Of a stretch of DNA of 64,000 nt, positions 28,195 through 39,043 are shown one piece after another. A program made the translations under genes and the position numbers. The stretch is from Pseudomonadota bacterium (GTDB lineage: Bacteria > Desulfobacterota > Desulfobacteria > Desulfobacterales > RPRI01). The notes under the pieces were generated by a model. It did no database searches. It was not told where the DNA came from and saw nothing but the letters and a program-made list of their open reading frames with translations. Where the stretch lies: positions 24,759 to 88,758 of the forward strand of contig JBDRRF010000024.1 in the NCBI GenBank assembly GCA_043825875.1, given 5' to 3'. Positions within the stretch are counted from its first letter, which is position 1, and each line of letters begins with the position of its first letter.

Positions 28195-28949
28195 CAGCCA
28201 AAACCTATAAACAATCCGGATTTACTCTAATTGAAATTATAGTTACGGTTGTTATGGTAGCGGTATTTAGCGCCCTGATGATTACATTGTTTTCAGATTC
28301 ATTGATTAAAAGCAGTGATCCGGTTAAACGATTGCGAAAATCATCGGATTTAAGCAGAGTAATGGCTAATATTACAACCGATTACATCCCATGCCCCAAA
28401 TGGAAATCTTTGACGAATTACGCTGTCGACAATAAAGTATTTCCGGTGGGAATGAACGGAAGGTTTTATATTTGTAAAAGTTCCGGAACAAGCGGTGTAT
28501 CAGAACCCCTTTGGCACGATTATGGTGATACATATGACGGTAGTGCAAAATGGAAGGCCGGAACCTGGAAGTTGAGTACATCATATGCAACAGGAGATAT
28601 CGTTATTCCTGCTAATCCCAATGGCCATTTGTACCGCTGTGTGACAGCCGGAACAAGCGGCGCATCAGAGCCTGGATGGACATTAACAGGTAATTCTGCA
28701 ATAGGCGATGGTTCAGTACAATGGATGCGCCTTCTTGGGTATTTGAATTTTAATATTGGAACGGCTGGAGCTGAATATACTAATAGCTACGGTAAGTATT
28801 ATGTATTAATAAACAGGTTTGTCAAATTCGATGCAAGCAATACGATTCAGCCTATTGGTGGCGGAGAGCCCGAAAATATGCTACAGGTGAAGATTAGAAA
28901 TGATGAAGGTGAAACTCTGTCTGCGCTATTTACTGCTAAAGAGGAGTAA
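28191..28949 (+). CDS. Minor pilin with two inserted Trp-rich repeats
   Basis: SG|FTLIEIIV signal; ATGA overlap with the upstream gene. Confidence 0.85.
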   Translation: MTAKTYKQSGFTLIEIIVTVVMVAVFSALMITLFSDSLIKSSDPVKRLRKSSDLSRVMANITTDYIPCPKWKSLTNYAVDNKVFPVGMNGRFYICKSSGTSGVSEPLWHDYGDTYDGSAKWKAGTWKLSTSYATGDIVIPANPNGHLYRCVTAGTSGASEPGWTLTGNSAIGDGSVQWMRLLGYLNFNIGTAGAEYTNSYGKYYVLINRFVKFDASNTIQPIGGGEPENMLQVKIRNDEGETLSALFTAKEE

Positions 28950-28954
28950 AGTTT

Positions 28955-29539
28955 TTGATTAATAAAACAGTAATTAATATTCGAGGCTTTACGCTGATTG
29001 AGATAATAACCTCTATAGCAGTACTTGCAATTATTGCTGTTGTGGCTGGAATGGGAATTTCTGAAATGACAAAAGCTTATATTATGTCAAAGAAAAATGC
29101 ACAAACAGCACAGCAAGGCCAGATTGCCATTGCAAGGCTGAAAAAGGAATTTTCCTCTATCCGGTCTATTACATGCGGAAGTGATAAAAGTATTACCTAT
29201 AAAATTGACAGAGACTCATCGGGAACGGAAGATACAACTACTATTTACTGGACGAGCGGGAATAGTACTTTATATCTTAAAACAAATTCAAGTTGTGACT
29301 GTATAAGCTCATGTACGGGTGGTGATATACTTGCCGGTAATGTGAGTGCATTTGATTTGAAATATTGTACAAGTGCAGATGATACCGATTGTTCAACCAG
29401 TTTTCCAAACAGCCCGGATTACACATCCGCAACTGTGATGCTCATGAAGTTTACATTGGCATTAAAGGGTTTTGAAGATGCTGCCATACCCATAGCAAAC
29501 CCTGATGTTGTTATTTTGGGCAGAGAAAGCGGGCAATAA
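28955..29539 (+). CDS. Minor pilin (PilW/MshO-like), Cys-rich
   Basis: RG|FTLIEIITS signal. Confidence 0.85.
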   Translation: MINKTVINIRGFTLIEIITSIAVLAIIAVVAGMGISEMTKAYIMSKKNAQTAQQGQIAIARLKKEFSSIRSITCGSDKSITYKIDRDSSGTEDTTTIYWTSGNSTLYLKTNSSCDCISSCTGGDILAGNVSAFDLKYCTSADDTDCSTSFPNSPDYTSATVMLMKFTLALKGFEDAAIPIANPDVVILGRESGQ

Positions 29540-29541
29540 TC

Positions 29542-31131
29542 ATGAATAAATTTAATAAGAAAGGATCTGCTCTCATATTTGTAATTGTGGGAATTACCAT
29601 GGCTGCTGCGCTGGGAGTTGGCATGTTTTATATGACCACTACCTCTACAATAGGCCAGGTGTCCGGAAGCGGCATGGATCGGGCTTATTATCTTGCAATG
29701 GCAGGCAAGTATTATGCTCTTGCTAACTGGCAGCCAAACAATGGTGAATATATTATATCTAATACAGAGCGCTTTGATATAGATATAAATAATGAAAAAG
29801 TAACAGGCATTGTAAATAAAAATACACCCTTTGAGGCGAAAAAGGAAATAGAAATCAATTCTTTTGGTTCGTCTCCTGTTAAACGACATTTTAAAGATAG
29901 TTTTGACGATGCGGGACTCCCAAATTGGAAAACAGGCGTTGGCCCGGGTGGGGATGAAGTTGGTAGTCACGGGGTTTCCGGTGACAATGCCCTGGATGTA
30001 ATATCTTCTGCTGCTGCTTTTGGTTCTGGGTCATGGAGTTTTTTGCAATTAAAGAGCGGGAGTGGCGGTGGAATTGATATTACGCCATCATGGGAGAATG
30101 CCGGATACTGCCTCAGTTATGATTTACAGGTAAAGATTAATAATAACCAGCCAAATTATATGGCTGGTTTGAACTTCAAAATTACAGGTAGTGGGGATGG
30201 CAGGAAATTTTATGGGGTTTCATATCTTCGCGCAAGAAATTGGTGGTTTGGGGGTTCTGCTGATGGTATTACGTCAGACTTAAAACCGCCTGCCATATGG
30301 CCGGGTACGGGGAGCTTTCCATATTACTATTCACAACCTGCGATCATTTTATGGAAAAAAGATGATAGTGGTTTCGCATGGCTTGCCTATAAAGTTTTGA
30401 CAGATACTGATTTTGTTGTGGATTCATCCGGGAATCTTGTGGATTGGTCCAATCTTCAGGTGCGTCTGATAGAAGCGTATCCTCTGGATTTTACAAATGG
30501 GGTATCTTCTCTTTTATTAAGCGGCGCAATAATAACCGGTGAAACAAGCGGTGCGAAGGCACGGATAAGCGGATCACCAATTATGACGTCTGCTACAGAT
30601 GGAACGCTAACATTGGCAAATATTTGCATCCCTTGTTCCCCTGCAACCTGCCCAGCCTTTCAAAACGGTGAGAATCTATTAGTTAATAAAACAGTTTGTG
30701 GCCAGGCTTCAGGTATATTGGGAGCAAAGACAAATTTTATAAGGGTCTATTATAGTGATGAGGGAAGTCATGGCGCAAATATTAACCCCACAGATAACAC
30801 CAGAGGGAGCAACCCTCGCGATGCAGCTATCCACTGGCCGGTTGAAAATATGAGCAACTGGGAGCTTGAAAATGATTATATGACTCTGTTAACATGGGAT
30901 GGGATTAATGCTATTGTCAATCCGCCCGAAATATTAACGGAGCAGATAAAGGTTGACAACATACCAACATTTGCTCAATTTGATACAATTATTAAGGATG
31001 GCTCTCTTCTTACACCCACACCACCAGATTGCACTACGATACTTCCTATTGATTATTCAGGAATAGCACTCCATGCAACCGGTACTTCTGCAGATTCTAC
31101 GTATCTCGATGATTTTGCTGTTCAGTACTAA
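29542..31131 (+). CDS. PilX/MshP-like pilin fused to a large adhesin-like domain
   Basis: KKG|SALIFVIV signal lacking E5; RAYYLAMAG; Gly/Ser/Trp-rich beta-type C-terminus. Confidence 0.75.
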   Translation: MNKFNKKGSALIFVIVGITMAAALGVGMFYMTTTSTIGQVSGSGMDRAYYLAMAGKYYALANWQPNNGEYIISNTERFDIDINNEKVTGIVNKNTPFEAKKEIEINSFGSSPVKRHFKDSFDDAGLPNWKTGVGPGGDEVGSHGVSGDNALDVISSAAAFGSGSWSFLQLKSGSGGGIDITPSWENAGYCLSYDLQVKINNNQPNYMAGLNFKITGSGDGRKFYGVSYLRARNWWFGGSADGITSDLKPPAIWPGTGSFPYYYSQPAIILWKKDDSGFAWLAYKVLTDTDFVVDSSGNLVDWSNLQVRLIEAYPLDFTNGVSSLLLSGAIITGETSGAKARISGSPIMTSATDGTLTLANICIPCSPATCPAFQNGENLLVNKTVCGQASGILGAKTNFIRVYYSDEGSHGANINPTDNTRGSNPRDAAIHWPVENMSNWELENDYMTLLTWDGINAIVNPPEILTEQIKVDNIPTFAQFDTIIKDGSLLTPTPPDCTTILPIDYSGIALHATGTSADSTYLDDFAVQY

Positions 31132-31160
31132 ATCAAACAAGTAAATTAATGAAGATATTG

Positions 31161-32069
31161 TTATTTGCTGCAACGGTCTAACTCAATATCTTCTTCAGAA
31201 GCAGGATCTCCCAATGGTTCAAGGTGGGTAAACACGGTAACGTACATAACTTCTTTGCGGATATCTTCTTCCAGTTCCTCAAGCAGTTCGTGCCCATGCT
31301 GCACCGTCCATGTTCCGGGAACAAGAACATGTACCGAGACAAAGCATCGTGATCCGGCCTGTCTTGTTCGAAGGGCATGATAATCTATCCCCCGGTTCTT
31401 ATATTTTTCCAGAACCTCTATCACACCGTTACATTTTTCATCCGGCAATGCCGAATCCATAAGGCCTAACACCGAGCGTTTGATCAGTTTATAACCCATC
31501 CAGCCTATATAAAAAGCTATGCAAAGTGCAACGATCTGATCCAGGGGCTGCCATCCGGTCAAAGCTACTGCGCTTATGCCGGTAAAGACACCTATAGAAG
31601 TCCAGACATCGGTCATGAGATGATGCGCATCTGCTTCTAAAGTAACAGAATTGTTTTTCTCTCCTGCGGAAAGCAGGATACGGGCAACCACAAAATTTAT
31701 CAAAGATGCGATAGCAGTAATAATCAAGCCGATTCCTATTTCCTGAATAGGTACAGGATTGATAAAGCGATTAATGGCCATTATTGATATACTGATTGCT
31801 GCAACAAGTATCAACACGCCTTCTGCGCCGCATGCAAAATATTCAGCTTTGCCATGACCGAAAAGATGTTCCTCATCCGGAGGGCGGGCTGCAATGGTAA
31901 GCATGGCAAGCGCTATTCCCGCTCCAAGCAGGTTAACCAATGATTCTGCCGCATCGGATAACAAACCTACCGATCCGGTAATAAAGTATGCGCTGCTTTT
32001 TAATACGATGGTGGAAATAGCTGCTATAATAGACAGCCATGCATATTTAGTAATTGATGAACGGGCCAT
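31161..32069 (-). CDS. Cation diffusion facilitator transporter (FieF-like)
   Basis: [23 protein letters not shown] and FTHLEP motifs. Confidence 0.92.
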   Translation of the reverse strand: MARSSITKYAWLSIIAAISTIVLKSSAYFITGSVGLLSDAAESLVNLLGAGIALAMLTIAARPPDEEHLFGHGKAEYFACGAEGVLILVAAISISIMAINRFINPVPIQEIGIGLIITAIASLINFVVARILLSAGEKNNSVTLEADAHHLMTDVWTSIGVFTGISAVALTGWQPLDQIVALCIAFYIGWMGYKLIKRSVLGLMDSALPDEKCNGVIEVLEKYKNRGIDYHALRTRQAGSRCFVSVHVLVPGTWTVQHGHELLEELEEDIRKEVMYVTVFTHLEPLGDPASEEDIELDRCSK

Positions 32070-32115
32070 AGATTGTTTGATCTTACCAGTTTAAGAGTTT
32101 ATGAGCTTTTTAACT

Positions 32116-32502
32116 TTATTCCTTTTTATTTTTAAGCAGTGCATCAAGGTTGGCAAACGGATTGTGAGTTAGAGACGGGCCCTGATCACTTCCTGGGTCT
32201 TCCGGGCCATACCATTGGGCATCTGTATTCCGCGAATGCTCATTATCATGACAGTAAATGCACAAAAGCTCCCAGTTGCTGCCGTCCGGAGGGTTATTGT
32301 CATGATCATGGTCCCTGTGGTGTACGGTAAGTTCCCGAAGCTTTTTACCTGTAAATTCCCTGCCGCACTTTCCGCAAACATGCGGGAACATTTTAAGCGC
32401 TCGTTCCCTGTAAGTCTTTTCGCGAAGTTCTCTTTCGCGCAGTACTTCGGCAAGTATTTTATCGGTCCCGTCAGTATTTTTTTTATTGTTGTCAGTTGTC
32501 AT
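32116..32502 (-). CDS. yajD: YajD-family HNH nuclease
   Basis: YRERALK.FPHVCGKC...LTVHHRDHDHDNNPPDGSNWELLCIYCHDNEH...THNPFA. Confidence 0.9.
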   Translation of the reverse strand: MTTDNNKKNTDGTDKILAEVLRERELREKTYRERALKMFPHVCGKCGREFTGKKLRELTVHHRDHDHDNNPPDGSNWELLCIYCHDNEHSRNTDAQWYGPEDPGSDQGPSLTHNPFANLDALLKNKKE

Positions 32503-32553
32503 ATACGAATTACCCCCGTCGTTTCGTGTATATTAACTATTTCCCTTATGTCC

Positions 32554-32913
32554 TTAAATAAAATATTCAGTTTTGGCGGTTACGGTAGTCTTGATTTCAT
32601 TAAGCGTATTTTGAAGCGTTGAAATAACATTTTCACGTATATCACCTGCAACAACAAGATACATTACATCATCTCCGATTTTAAGGTCTTTATCCTCAAA
32701 AATTTCTACCAGGACTTCTACAATTCCGGGGGTTTTTTTACTTTTAGTTATTATCTCTTTTAATTTAACATGATCAACCACAACTTTAATTCCTGAAACC
32801 TTGCGGCCATCACGTGAAGTTCCTCTTACTACACCATTATGGCATAATATCATACCGGCTTTATCATAATCAGGATGTTTTTTTATTGTATCAACAAGAG
32901 AGTCTAAGCTCAT
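32554..32913 (-). CDS. moaE: Molybdopterin synthase catalytic subunit MoaE-like (short)
   Basis: GMILCHNGVVRG and LKIGDDVMYLVVAGDIR motifs. Confidence 0.75.
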   Translation of the reverse strand: MSLDSLVDTIKKHPDYDKAGMILCHNGVVRGTSRDGRKVSGIKVVVDHVKLKEIITKSKKTPGIVEVLVEIFEDKDLKIGDDVMYLVVAGDIRENVISTLQNTLNEIKTTVTAKTEYFI

Positions 32914-33093
32914 TTATCTTCTCCTTATTATTAAATATGTTTACTAATCTTTCTACAATAGTAGCTTTATAAAGTCAAAATTAATGTACTTGCGAGGGAT
33001 AAAACTATCAGTTGCACAATTTGATGGCGGATAAGTTTGCATTCATAAGATTACAAAGTCTCGCTAAACTGAGAAGCAGATAGGCATTACCAG

Positions 33094-33107
33094 TTTGAAA
33101 GTGGCTC
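33094..33107. repeat. Solo family-A MITE terminus
   Basis: TTTGAAAGTGGCTC is the exact reverse complement of the first 14 nt of family A. Confidence 0.6.
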
Positions 33108-33123
33108 TATGGCTTAATTTTGA

Positions 33124-34020
33124 TTACAGTTTTTTTGGTGGAGGATCACTTGTAAGGACTTCAATTTTTTGAATCAAATATCCATTAAAAAAAGTGTCAG
33201 ACCAAAGGCTTAACTCATCTTTTTGCCCTGCATTTTTTAAAAATGGTTCAACGTCGCTTTTTGCCAGGGAAAAATCAATCCCTTTACTTTTTTCAGACAT
33301 CAATTCAACAAGTTTTTCTTTGGTCAGCGTCTCTGAAAAATCAATATGGCCTGTTTGTAGCATTTTATTCTTAAGATAATGCAAGTCACATGGAATATTA
33401 TTCTTCACAAACCAGATTAAATCATACCAGTCCCGGCCTTTAATATTGGTTCTTATGGTTCGGCATAACAAAGCATGCATTTTGCCTGCAAACAAACTGG
33501 GCAAGGTCATGGTTTTAATAGTAAACGGAATTGGACGGAGATGATATTTCAGGTCACTGGTAAACCCGATAGCCGGATCATGATCAATTTCTAATTTTAT
33601 CTTCATCACAGCATTTTTATGAGTCTTCAAATTTGAATCAATTTTTAATAAATGGACCATTGTGTTTGCTTTGATGAAAGCGGAATCGATCGTGCTTTTA
33701 TTCTTCTTGTCTATTTCTTCTGTAGTAACTTCAAACCCCCATAGTTCCAGTTCTGATTTTACCGCACCAAGATATTTTTTAATATCAAAAGCTTTTTCCG
33801 GCTGAATTAATGAAAAATCCAAATCCTCAGAAAAACGGTCCAGCTTGTGCAGAATTCGTAATGCGCTCCCACCGTAAAAAGCAGCCTTTTCATAAAATTT
33901 TGACCGCCATAAACCAAGCAAAACGATTTCCTGTATGATCTCTTTAAGCGCATTCTCATGATCATGAACCGTATGTAATTCATACCTGCTTAGCATTTGT
34001 TCAATTTTTTCATCAAACAT
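33124..34020 (-). CDS. abiEii: AbiEii-family nucleotidyltransferase toxin (type IV TA)
   Basis: FYGGSALR...RFSEDLDF, KMHALL, KGRDWYDL. Confidence 0.9.
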   Translation of the reverse strand: MFDEKIEQMLSRYELHTVHDHENALKEIIQEIVLLGLWRSKFYEKAAFYGGSALRILHKLDRFSEDLDFSLIQPEKAFDIKKYLGAVKSELELWGFEVTTEEIDKKNKSTIDSAFIKANTMVHLLKIDSNLKTHKNAVMKIKLEIDHDPAIGFTSDLKYHLRPIPFTIKTMTLPSLFAGKMHALLCRTIRTNIKGRDWYDLIWFVKNNIPCDLHYLKNKMLQTGHIDFSETLTKEKLVELMSEKSKGIDFSLAKSDVEPFLKNAGQKDELSLWSDTFFNGYLIQKIEVLTSDPPPKKL

Positions 34021-34630
34021 GATCTTCCTTTAAACAATTAAGCAGTAGTTTTATACTTTGCCTTCGATATCCGGTCTTGATTTCTTCTAATAAAGATAAA
34101 TCAAGGTCTTTGTTAACACTATAATCCAATCGCATTAACTTGAGGAATTCCTTCATTTCCCTTTTCGTTGTAATATGAGTTTGCATTGCGGTCATGTCAC
34201 ACAGCGCCTTCTCAGGGGAAGCAATCAGAAACTTTTTTTGATCTTCGGCATCTTCAAGCCGAACCCCAATGTTGAATACTTTTTTGGGGCAATACAAATA
34301 AGAAAATCTACCAACCGGAGTTTCAAACTGCTTCTTTCTTTTTGTTGTCATGCTGATTATCTGTTCAACACGTTCCGGTATTATGTTCCAAAATGCCAAT
34401 GCGGTTTGACCGGTGATGTAAGAAGGCCCATAGATCAGATTAGCCAGGATAAACTTGTTGTAAGGCTTATTATACTCCTTGCCCAATACATAAAGTCCCT
34501 TTTTAACCCTGACGATATCCTTATCCTTGAGGAGACCCCTGATCTTATCTCTTGGCTTTTTGTAATCCCTTAACGCGTGCAACAGCAAATTGTAATCAAA
34601 TTCTGCGGGAAATTGAATCAAATTCTTCAT
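34013..34630 (-). CDS. abiEi: AbiEi-family antitoxin
   Basis: RVKKGLY, PSYITGQTAL..WNIIPE, ASPEKALCD; overlaps the toxin gene. Confidence 0.85.
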   Translation of the reverse strand: MKNLIQFPAEFDYNLLLHALRDYKKPRDKIRGLLKDKDIVRVKKGLYVLGKEYNKPYNKFILANLIYGPSYITGQTALAFWNIIPERVEQIISMTTKRKKQFETPVGRFSYLYCPKKVFNIGVRLEDAEDQKKFLIASPEKALCDMTAMQTHITTKREMKEFLKLMRLDYSVNKDLDLSLLEEIKTGYRRQSIKLLLNCLKEDHV

Positions 34631-34787
34631 GATATATCAACCAATATGTCTAATAAATTGGACTTACTGGTCTATTTTTAATTTGTTAACTGGAAATTGT
34701 CAAGGAAATTTTAACGAATTATATAGTTCCGGATACCTTTACATTTAGGAGGATATTCAGATTGATGAGGGGAATGTATCCGGCCTA

Positions 34788-35915
34788 TCACGCCTCAAGT
34801 CCTGCCAGCCAGTCACCTGCACGTAAAATATCTATTCCGGCCAGATGTTCTTCCTGGTGAAGATGGTGAACAAGCTGGATGCTTTGGGTATTTTTAAACT
34901 GACCGGCAAAATAATGCATTGCTCTTGCAGGAGTTTTATCGGAAAGTTTTACCTCGATTAACTTATGGGGAGCCCCCTCCATGACTATAACAAAATCAAT
35001 CTCTTTGCCTTCTTTGGTTCTGATATAGTTCAATTCGGCATGTTTTCCGCGCACATCGTAAAGATAGTGCACATGTTTGAGCAGACATAAAGCGCAAGTA
35101 TTTTCTAACCTAACACCTTCGTTTCCTCTTACGAAGCCACTGTCATAGAAATAAACCTTCGGTTCTCGCAGAAGTGAACGTGCAATGTTTTTATGATATG
35201 GACGAATAAGGAATATAATATAAAGGCTTTCAAGAACTGAGATATATTTTTTGACTGTATTGGGTGAAATTTGAAGGTCTTCTGCAAGCGAGGTATAAGA
35301 CATGGAGGACCCCACTCTATAGCGCAGTAACTCAACAAGTTCCTTCATTGCCTTTAGTTCCTGAATCCTGCTAAAGTCAAAAATATCTTCTCTGATCAGG
35401 TCGCTATAATACTGATTTCTCCATCGCGAAGCTTCTTCTTCGGAGTCGGATAAAAAAGGCTCAGGAAAACCTCCAAAACTATTAAGCTTTTCTAATGCAT
35501 CAAAAGGAGCCAGGTCATTAGATAATTCCTTTACGGAGAATGGCAGAAGTCGTAAGTGAAGATATCTTCCCGCAAGCGATTCTCCGGCCTGACGATAAGT
35601 CTCTAACCTGGAACTTCCTGTTACCAGAATTGTCTGTCCTTCAGGTCTGGAATCGAAGGTTCCTTTCAAGAAGATTTTCCAATTTTTCATTTTATGTATT
35701 TCATCAAAAACAAGAAGTCCTGTATTCAAACGCCATGATCGCTTAAGGATTATCCGCCGGTCATTTTCGTTGTCATGGTTTAGATACTGTGGAGATGGAA
35801 ACTCCTTCATTATTTCCTTGGACAAAAATGTCTTCCCTACCTGGCGGGGGCCGGTTATGATAACCATTTTTTTCTTCAGATCTTTTACGATCTGATCATA
35901 TAAATACCTTTTCAT
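34788..35915 (-). CDS. AAA_14 ATPase with DUF4143-like domain
   Basis: GPRQVGKT, FDEIH, TGSS, KVYFYDSG, EIDFV...IEVK. Confidence 0.88.
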   Translation of the reverse strand: MKRYLYDQIVKDLKKKMVIITGPRQVGKTFLSKEIMKEFPSPQYLNHDNENDRRIILKRSWRLNTGLLVFDEIHKMKNWKIFLKGTFDSRPEGQTILVTGSSRLETYRQAGESLAGRYLHLRLLPFSVKELSNDLAPFDALEKLNSFGGFPEPFLSDSEEEASRWRNQYYSDLIREDIFDFSRIQELKAMKELVELLRYRVGSSMSYTSLAEDLQISPNTVKKYISVLESLYIIFLIRPYHKNIARSLLREPKVYFYDSGFVRGNEGVRLENTCALCLLKHVHYLYDVRGKHAELNYIRTKEGKEIDFVIVMEGAPHKLIEVKLSDKTPARAMHYFAGQFKNTQSIQLVHHLHQEEHLAGIDILRAGDWLAGLEA

Positions 35916-35950
35916 GGTGACTTTTTAGCAGTATTTTGCGGAAAAGTCAA

Positions 35951-35980
35951 GACTAATACGCAAAGCCTTGCGGATTAGTC
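35951..35980. promoter_or_regulatory. Inverted repeat upstream of the AAA ATPase (candidate operator)
   Basis: GACTAATACGCAA / TTGCGGATTAGTC, 12 of 13 matching. Confidence 0.55.
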
Positions 35981-36169
35981 GCATATTTATAAGGGTTGTA
36001 ATTTATAAATAATTTTATTTTATTCTGTTATAATAGGTTGTTATCATTTATAGGATTGTGATAATTCTATTCCGATTACATCAATCTGCAATCTGAACAT
36101 TCCGACAATTAAAATACATACTTATATCCTTGACCGTACAGAGCTAAAATTATAAATTGAAAAAGGCCT

Positions 36170-38131
36170 ATGGAAAATAACAAACCTCAAATACTTGCTC
36201 CTGCGGGAAATAAAGCTTCTTTTCTTGCTGCAATTGCTGCCGGGGCCGATGCTGTTTACTGCGGGCTTAAAGACTTTTCTGCCCGCATGGAGGCAAAGAA
36301 TTTTACGATTAGTGAGCTTGCTCCTCTTACAAGACTTGCTCATGATAATGGAGTAAAAGTATATGTTGCCATAAATTCTCTTTTAAAACATGAAGATCTT
36401 TTACTTGCCGCAAATCTTATAGCGCAGCTATCGAAGCAGGTTAAGCCCGATGGCCTCATAATACAGGATCTTGCACTTATTGATCTTGCAAAACAAACGG
36501 GATTTAAAGGTGAGCTTCATCTTTCTACGCTTTCCAATGTAACTTTTCCTGCGGCATTAAAGCTTGTACGCGAAAAGCTTGATATAGACCGGGTTGTCAT
36601 ACCAAGAGAACTTTCTATTGATGAAATTAAATCTCTTGCCGCAGCTTGCCCTGAAAAGTTATCTCTTGAACTCTTTATACATGGAGCACTTTGCTACGGA
36701 ATTTCAGGCAGATGTTACTGGAGCAGTTATTTCGGCGGCAAAAGCGGGCTACGCGGAAGATGTGTGCAGCCATGCCGCAGGATTTATACCCAGAAAGGCA
36801 AATCAGGCAGGTTCTTTTCCTGTATTGATCTTAGCCTGGATGTTTTAGCAAAGGTTTTACTGCAAGTTTCCAAAATAAGCGTATGGAAAATCGAAGGAAG
36901 AAAAAAAGGCCCTCACTATGTTTATTATACAGTAAGCGCTTATAAAATATTAAGAGATGAGGGACGTGACCCGGTACAGAAAAAAAATGCTCTTGAACTG
37001 CTTTCTCTTTCTCTTGGAAGATCCGGCAGCCACTACAATTTTCTCCCGCAGAGGCCGCATAATCCCGTAAGCGCAAACAATCAGACAGGCTCAGGCCTTC
37101 TTATAGGTAAAATTAGCGGGCCTGGGCAAAACCCCTGGCTTTCGCCTAATGAAGAGCTTTTGCCCGGAGATCTTCTTCGAATTGGTTATGAAGATGAAGC
37201 TTCGCACAATATATTGCGCGTGGGCAAATTTGTCCCCAAAAGAGGGCGCTTATACATAAAACCGGCAGCAGGCAAAAAATCCGCAACGGGATCTTTTGTG
37301 TTTCTTACAGACAGACGTGAAAAAGCTCTTGAAGATATGATATCCGGGCTTGATAGTAAAATAAAAGAAGTATCTGTGACAAATGAGCCGGAATTATCAT
37401 TTACCCCAAAATTGCCAAAAAGGTTTAAAGAGAAAAAATCCAATTATGAAGTTAATGTTTACAGGGATCATGCGAAATTTAATAAAGGTGTGAAAACCGG
37501 TTTATGGTTTAATCCTGAATATGTTAAAGAAAAAAATATTGATTACTCCTGTTACTGGTGGCTTCCGCCCGTAGTATGGCCTGATGAAGAAAAACAAGTT
37601 AAAGAAAATATTGATTTTTTACTTTCAAATGGCAGTAAAAATTTTGTTTTAAATGTTCCCTGGCAGATTGCTTTTTTTAGTGGCATGAAAAATCTTAATA
37701 TCTGGGCCGGGCCATTTTGCAATATAGCAAATGTTCTTGCATTAAAAGCAATACACTCTCTTGGATTTTCAGGCGCAATTGCAAGTCCTGAACTGGGGCG
37801 CGATGATTATCTTAATCTGATACAAAACAGTCCGCTTCCGTTAGGGATGGTTATTTCAGGAAACTGGCCTTTATCTATATCAAGAACGCTTTCCGACCAG
37901 GTTCAAACCGATTTTTCATTTATCAGCCCGAAAGGCGAGCATGCCTGGGTAAAAAAATACGGCTCAAACTTCTGGGTATATCCAAACTGGAGTATAGATC
38001 TGACGGATAAAAAAGAAGAACTTCTTAAGGCCGGATACAGTATGTTTGTTAACCTTGTAGAACCATTGCCTGCTGATATAAGAATGAAAAAAAGAGAAGG
38101 CAAATGGAACTGGAAAATCGGATTGACTTAG
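36170..38131 (+). CDS. Peptidase U32 family protein (RlhA-like RNA hydroxylation family)
   Basis: LAPAG, GADAVY, HGALCYGISGRC, RGRCVQPCR, KIEGR. Confidence 0.88.
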   Translation: MENNKPQILAPAGNKASFLAAIAAGADAVYCGLKDFSARMEAKNFTISELAPLTRLAHDNGVKVYVAINSLLKHEDLLLAANLIAQLSKQVKPDGLIIQDLALIDLAKQTGFKGELHLSTLSNVTFPAALKLVREKLDIDRVVIPRELSIDEIKSLAAACPEKLSLELFIHGALCYGISGRCYWSSYFGGKSGLRGRCVQPCRRIYTQKGKSGRFFSCIDLSLDVLAKVLLQVSKISVWKIEGRKKGPHYVYYTVSAYKILRDEGRDPVQKKNALELLSLSLGRSGSHYNFLPQRPHNPVSANNQTGSGLLIGKISGPGQNPWLSPNEELLPGDLLRIGYEDEASHNILRVGKFVPKRGRLYIKPAAGKKSATGSFVFLTDRREKALEDMISGLDSKIKEVSVTNEPELSFTPKLPKRFKEKKSNYEVNVYRDHAKFNKGVKTGLWFNPEYVKEKNIDYSCYWWLPPVVWPDEEKQVKENIDFLLSNGSKNFVLNVPWQIAFFSGMKNLNIWAGPFCNIANVLALKAIHSLGFSGAIASPELGRDDYLNLIQNSPLPLGMVISGNWPLSISRTLSDQVQTDFSFISPKGEHAWVKKYGSNFWVYPNWSIDLTDKKEELLKAGYSMFVNLVEPLPADIRMKKREGKWNWKIGLT

Positions 38132-38143
38132 CGGGATTGCCGG

Positions 38144-38551
38144 TTACTTCTTTTCAAGATGTTTTTTAAGCTGATTTTCGAGTTTAGCGAAAAGATTTTT
38201 TTGCTTTTCGTTCTGCTCCGCTTTAATGGATGCAACCTTTTGGTTCAACTCTTTCCGGGAGTCTTGGAATTTTTTTAACTCCTCATCCATACTGCTTGTT
38301 TTAATATTTTTAGGAATTTCTTCCAAAGCAAGATGGTTTCTTAAAAAAACTCTTGTACCGAAAGCACCTTCGACAATTTCTATTACTCCGGTCTCATCAA
38401 GTTTTCTGCAAATATAATTGCCCTGCTCAAGAGAAAATGAAAGGAACTCGCAGATATTGCCTATAGACGGTGAGGCAGAATTACGATGTTCAAGAATCCT
38501 GATCGCAGCAACAACAAGATGAGCATCCGAGTAAAGGTCAGTATTTTTCAT
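38144..38551 (-). CDS. Hypothetical protein, winged-helix-like with C-terminal coiled coil
   Basis: 135-aa ORF with an HTH-like pattern followed by a charged helix. Confidence 0.65.
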   Translation of the reverse strand: MKNTDLYSDAHLVVAAIRILEHRNSASPSIGNICEFLSFSLEQGNYICRKLDETGVIEIVEGAFGTRVFLRNHLALEEIPKNIKTSSMDEELKKFQDSRKELNQKVASIKAEQNEKQKNLFAKLENQLKKHLEKK

Positions 38552-38771
38552 AGATAGTAATCTTAAATGGTGTTAATAAAAACTATTACAAACAATTTAA
38601 AACCTGTATCTTGACATATAAATGGCGTGAGAGTAACATTTTTAAATATTTTGTCAAGCACCCACCTTTTTTAAAATATTTTTAAATAAATAATAATGAA
38701 ATGGCGTTTGAATAAAAACTGTAATATAAGATATCAAAAAATACCGGAAATTATAATTTGGGAATTTATAT

Positions 38772-39023
38772 ATGAAAGATAAAAGAGGCTTGTATTATTA
38801 TCCTTTTCCTGAAAATCATAAAGTTAGGATGTATGTTAAAAAGTCAAAGGATGAAATCTGTTTCAGACTCTGGAATAATGATGATGATAAACTATGGGAA
38901 GAACACGGCTGGATTCCTTACAGCGCTGTAAAACAGGCGGCTGCAATCTATGATGGTTCCAAGTTTGACCCCAACGCAGCCTATGATATTGAGATTGCCG
39001 GAGCACTTATTGCGGAAAAATAG
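38772..39023 (+). CDS. Hypothetical protein
   Basis: 83-aa aromatic-rich ORF, co-oriented 20 bp before nadE. Confidence 0.65.
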   Translation: MKDKRGLYYYPFPENHKVRMYVKKSKDEICFRLWNNDDDKLWEEHGWIPYSAVKQAAAIYDGSKFDPNAAYDIEIAGALIAEK

Positions 39024-39043
39024 ACTGTTAGAAAGTAAATAAT

